This document shows positions 61,787 through 64,000 of a stretch of 64,000 bases of DNA, in pieces. Numbering within the stretch: the first letter of the stretch is position 1; each line of letters starts with the position of its first letter. The notes below the pieces were generated by a model. It worked only from the letters and a program-made list of their open reading frames with translations, had not been told where the DNA came from and did not search any database. The stretch is from Candidatus Latescibacterota bacterium (GTDB taxonomy: Bacteria > Latescibacterota > UBA2968 > UBA8231): contig CBDETY010000003.1 of assembly GCA_965243025.1 (NCBI GenBank), positions 5,504,001-5,568,000 of the forward strand, in the 5' to 3' direction. The position numbers and the translations under genes are program-made.

Positions 61787-63000
61787 TGGGGGAGGATGGC
61801 CAGAGGGACGGCGCGGCGGGGCTGTCGCGGCGGGAGTTCCTCAAGAGCTCCGGAGGCGCCGCGGCCCTGCTGCTCTGGGGGTGCGGGCCGGACGAACCCC
61901 TGGCCCTGGAGGGGGGCATGCTGGCCGGCACCGGGCTGCCGGACCCGTTTGCCCGGGGCCGCTTCCTGGGGGAGCTCCCGTTCGTTGGCGAGGGCTCCTT
62001 TCTCTCGGGAGTGCGCAGGAAGGAGGGGCTCGACGGCCGCTACGCCCTCGACCTGTCGAAGCTCGACAGCCTCACAGTAGCCAACGAGGATTTCTTCATC
62101 CGCACCTTTCCACCGGCGCAGTTGCCGCCGGCGAAGGGCTGGACGGTTCGCGTGCGCGGTCTGGTGCGCCGCCCCGCGGACATCGGAATCGACCGCATCC
62201 GATCCTGGGCCCGGCCGCTGGGGAAGACGCTGATGGAGTGCGCCGGCAACGGCCCCCCCGTCCATTACGGGCTCATCGGCTCGGCGGTGTGGACGGGCGT
62301 TCCGTTCGCCGAGCTGCTCTCCCTGGCGGAGATCGAGCCGGCCGCCGGCCGGGTGCTGGTATCCGGGTTCGACGGCAATCCGCCCCGGTCGAAGACCAGC
62401 GCTCCGGGGGCCGCCTGGGTCTTCCGCATCGACGAGCTGACGGAGGCAGGGGCCTTCCTGGCGGTCGGGATGAACGGGGAGCAACTTTCCGTTGACCACG
62501 GCGCTCCGGTCCGTCTGATGGTGCCGGGCTGGTACGGCTGCGTCTGCGTAAAGTGGCTCGACGGTATCGAGTTCGTCGGCGACGATCAGCCGGCGACCTC
62601 GCAGATGCGGGAGTTCGCCCTGCGGACCCACCAGGAAGGGGTGCCGCGGCTGGCGCGCGACTACCTGCCCGCGGTCGTCGACCGCACCGCGGTGCCGGTG
62701 CGCGCCGAGCGCTGGCGCCTCGACGGGGAGGAGGCGGTGCGGGTGGTCGGACTCACCTGGGGGGCGAGCGTCTCACCCGGAAGGCTGGGGGTGTCGTTCG
62801 CCCGGGAAGAGCCGCTGCAGCCGGTGTCGGCCTGCCCGCCGCTGACGGGGAGGGACTGGGCATTCTGGTCGCACCGCTGGAAGCCGCCGCAGCAGGGGAT
62901 CCACCGCATCAGGCTGGGGCTGCTCGACAGCGATGCCCCGGCGCGCCGCCTCGGGATTCCGGTGTACGGCAGGAAGGTCGAGGTCCCGGCCCTCGCTTGA
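61786..63000 (+). CDS. Sulfite-oxidase-family molybdopterin oxidoreductase (Tat signal)
   Basis: SRREFLK twin-arginine motif; 'FFIR', Mo-ligand Cys in 'LMECAGN', 'MNGE.L..DHGAPVRLMVPGWYG..CVKWL'; ATG overlaps the upstream stop. Confidence 0.9.
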   Translation: MGEDGQRDGAAGLSRREFLKSSGGAAALLLWGCGPDEPLALEGGMLAGTGLPDPFARGRFLGELPFVGEGSFLSGVRRKEGLDGRYALDLSKLDSLTVANEDFFIRTFPPAQLPPAKGWTVRVRGLVRRPADIGIDRIRSWARPLGKTLMECAGNGPPVHYGLIGSAVWTGVPFAELLSLAEIEPAAGRVLVSGFDGNPPRSKTSAPGAAWVFRIDELTEAGAFLAVGMNGEQLSVDHGAPVRLMVPGWYGCVCVKWLDGIEFVGDDQPATSQMREFALRTHQEGVPRLARDYLPAVVDRTAVPVRAERWRLDGEEAVRVVGLTWGASVSPGRLGVSFAREEPLQPVSACPPLTGRDWAFWSHRWKPPQQGIHRIRLGLLDSDAPARRLGIPVYGRKVEVPALA

Positions 63001-63066
63001 TGCGGTCCCGGGGGGCTCCCATTTTTCGAGCACTGACAGTCCGAATTCCTCTCAAAACCAACCATC

Positions 63067-64000
63067 ATGCACAAAATCACCCGTATGGATTCGGCCGGAC
63101 CCGCGGAAGGCAGGTCGCCGAACAGACGCCGGCAGCCAGGGGGCCGCCGGAAAACGGAAACGGCTCCCAGCACCGGGCGGGAATCCCCGCCCCCCTCCCT
63201 CCGGGAGCAGCTGATCCTGGGACAGATCGACCGCCGCGAGTTCCTGTCCCGGTCCCTGGTGGCAGGACTCGGGCTGGCCGGCGTCGGCGTCGCCGGCTGC
63301 GTCGGGGAGGAAGTGGAGCCCTCCCTGCGGCCGACCTTCTACAAGTGGATCGAGGACCTGCACCCGGGTATACCCCGGGTCAACGCCCGCTTTCCCGGCA
63401 TCGACTACCAGATCGCCCCGGTCGAAGGGTTCGGCATCGAGCGCTTCGTCGCCGAGGCGAGGAAGGGCCGCAGCACCTGGGACGTGTACGTCGGCCAGAC
63501 CCCGTTCGTCGAGATGACGGCGATGATCGAGGCCGGGGTCATCGAGCCCTGGGACGGCTATATCCCGCAGGAGGTGATCGACGACATCATTCCGGCCATC
63601 CGCGAGGAGTGCAGCGTCGACGGCAAGCTCTACAGCTGGCCCTTCCTGCTCGACGTCATCGGCATGGGCTGGCACTCGGGGATCACGGCGCGCGCCGGAA
63701 TCGCCGGGCCGCCCCCCGGGATCTGGGAGCAGTACCTGGAAAATGCCCACGCCGTCGTCGACTCCGAAGCCGCTCCCTTCGGGGCGACCTTCGATGCCCA
63801 CGGCTGGCGCTCCCTGGCGCCGTTCGCCCACAGTATGACCACCGACGTCTACACGCCGGAGGGCCTTTTCGACTTCACCCACGACGCCGCGGTCGAGTCG
63901 CTGGTGCTGATGAAGAAGATCATGGCGGTCTCAAATCCCGACGTCCTGCTCGCCGGCACCGCAGACGGCGGCGTCAACAACACCCCTGACGAGGATGCTT
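63067..64000 (+). CDS. Extracellular solute-binding lipoprotein (Tat), 3'-partial
   Basis: Open frame to the window edge; DRREFLSR and VAGC lipobox; 'DGKLYSWPFLLDV'. Exact start uncertain (63067 or 63085). Confidence 0.8.
   Translation, partial: MHKITRMDSAGPAEGRSPNRRRQPGGRRKTETAPSTGRESPPPSLREQLILGQIDRREFLSRSLVAGLGLAGVGVAGCVGEEVEPSLRPTFYKWIEDLHPGIPRVNARFPGIDYQIAPVEGFGIERFVAEARKGRSTWDVYVGQTPFVEMTAMIEAGVIEPWDGYIPQEVIDDIIPAIREECSVDGKLYSWPFLLDVIGMGWHSGITARAGIAGPPPGIWEQYLENAHAVVDSEAAPFGATFDAHGWRSLAPFAHSMTTDVYTPEGLFDFTHDAAVESLVLMKKIMAVSNPDVLLAGTADGGVNNTPDEDA

Overview
GC-rich bacterial chromosomal window. Secreted proteins ending in an FlgD/'PNPFN' domain or a 'TAVxxxSWARIKxSL' tail, plus PhyH, LRR and VIT-vWA proteins, suggest Ca. 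Latescibacterota or a related FCB lineage (inference). I found no rRNA, tRNA, CRISPR array, transposase or integrase. In order, the window holds: (1) a 5'-truncated propeller hybrid histidine kinase, a sigma-54 enhancer-binding response regulator, a near-consensus sigma-54 promoter and an unannotated 32-aa membrane peptide with its own terminator; (2) a visibly lower-GC minus-strand block (about 5-19.9 kb) with an OmpR/CpxR-like two-component pair, a frameshifted B12-radical SAM gene between two diverged ~450-bp direct repeats, a TonB-dependent receptor with a DUF4249-like lipoprotein (four GTAAC-N5-GTAAC boxes across these units), two TlpA-like thioredoxins, and a YtrA-type GntR/ABC operon whose permease is fused to LVIVD-like repeats; (3) a second TonB receptor, VIT-vWA and LRR proteins, two PhyH dioxygenases, an enolase-family enzyme, a cupin, yejABEF with a second yejA, and an aldolase; (4) two secreted paralogs, an AbrB-PIN toxin-antitoxin pair, dehydrogenases and an ECF sigma factor with a HEAT-like extension; (5) a sugar ABC transporter, oxidoreductases, polB, nfuA, moeA, acs, a DUF2961 protein, a Tat molybdoenzyme and a 3'-truncated solute-binding protein. 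The best candidates for undescribed systems are the sigma-54 small-peptide unit and the CpxR-like regulon containing the radical SAM gene.
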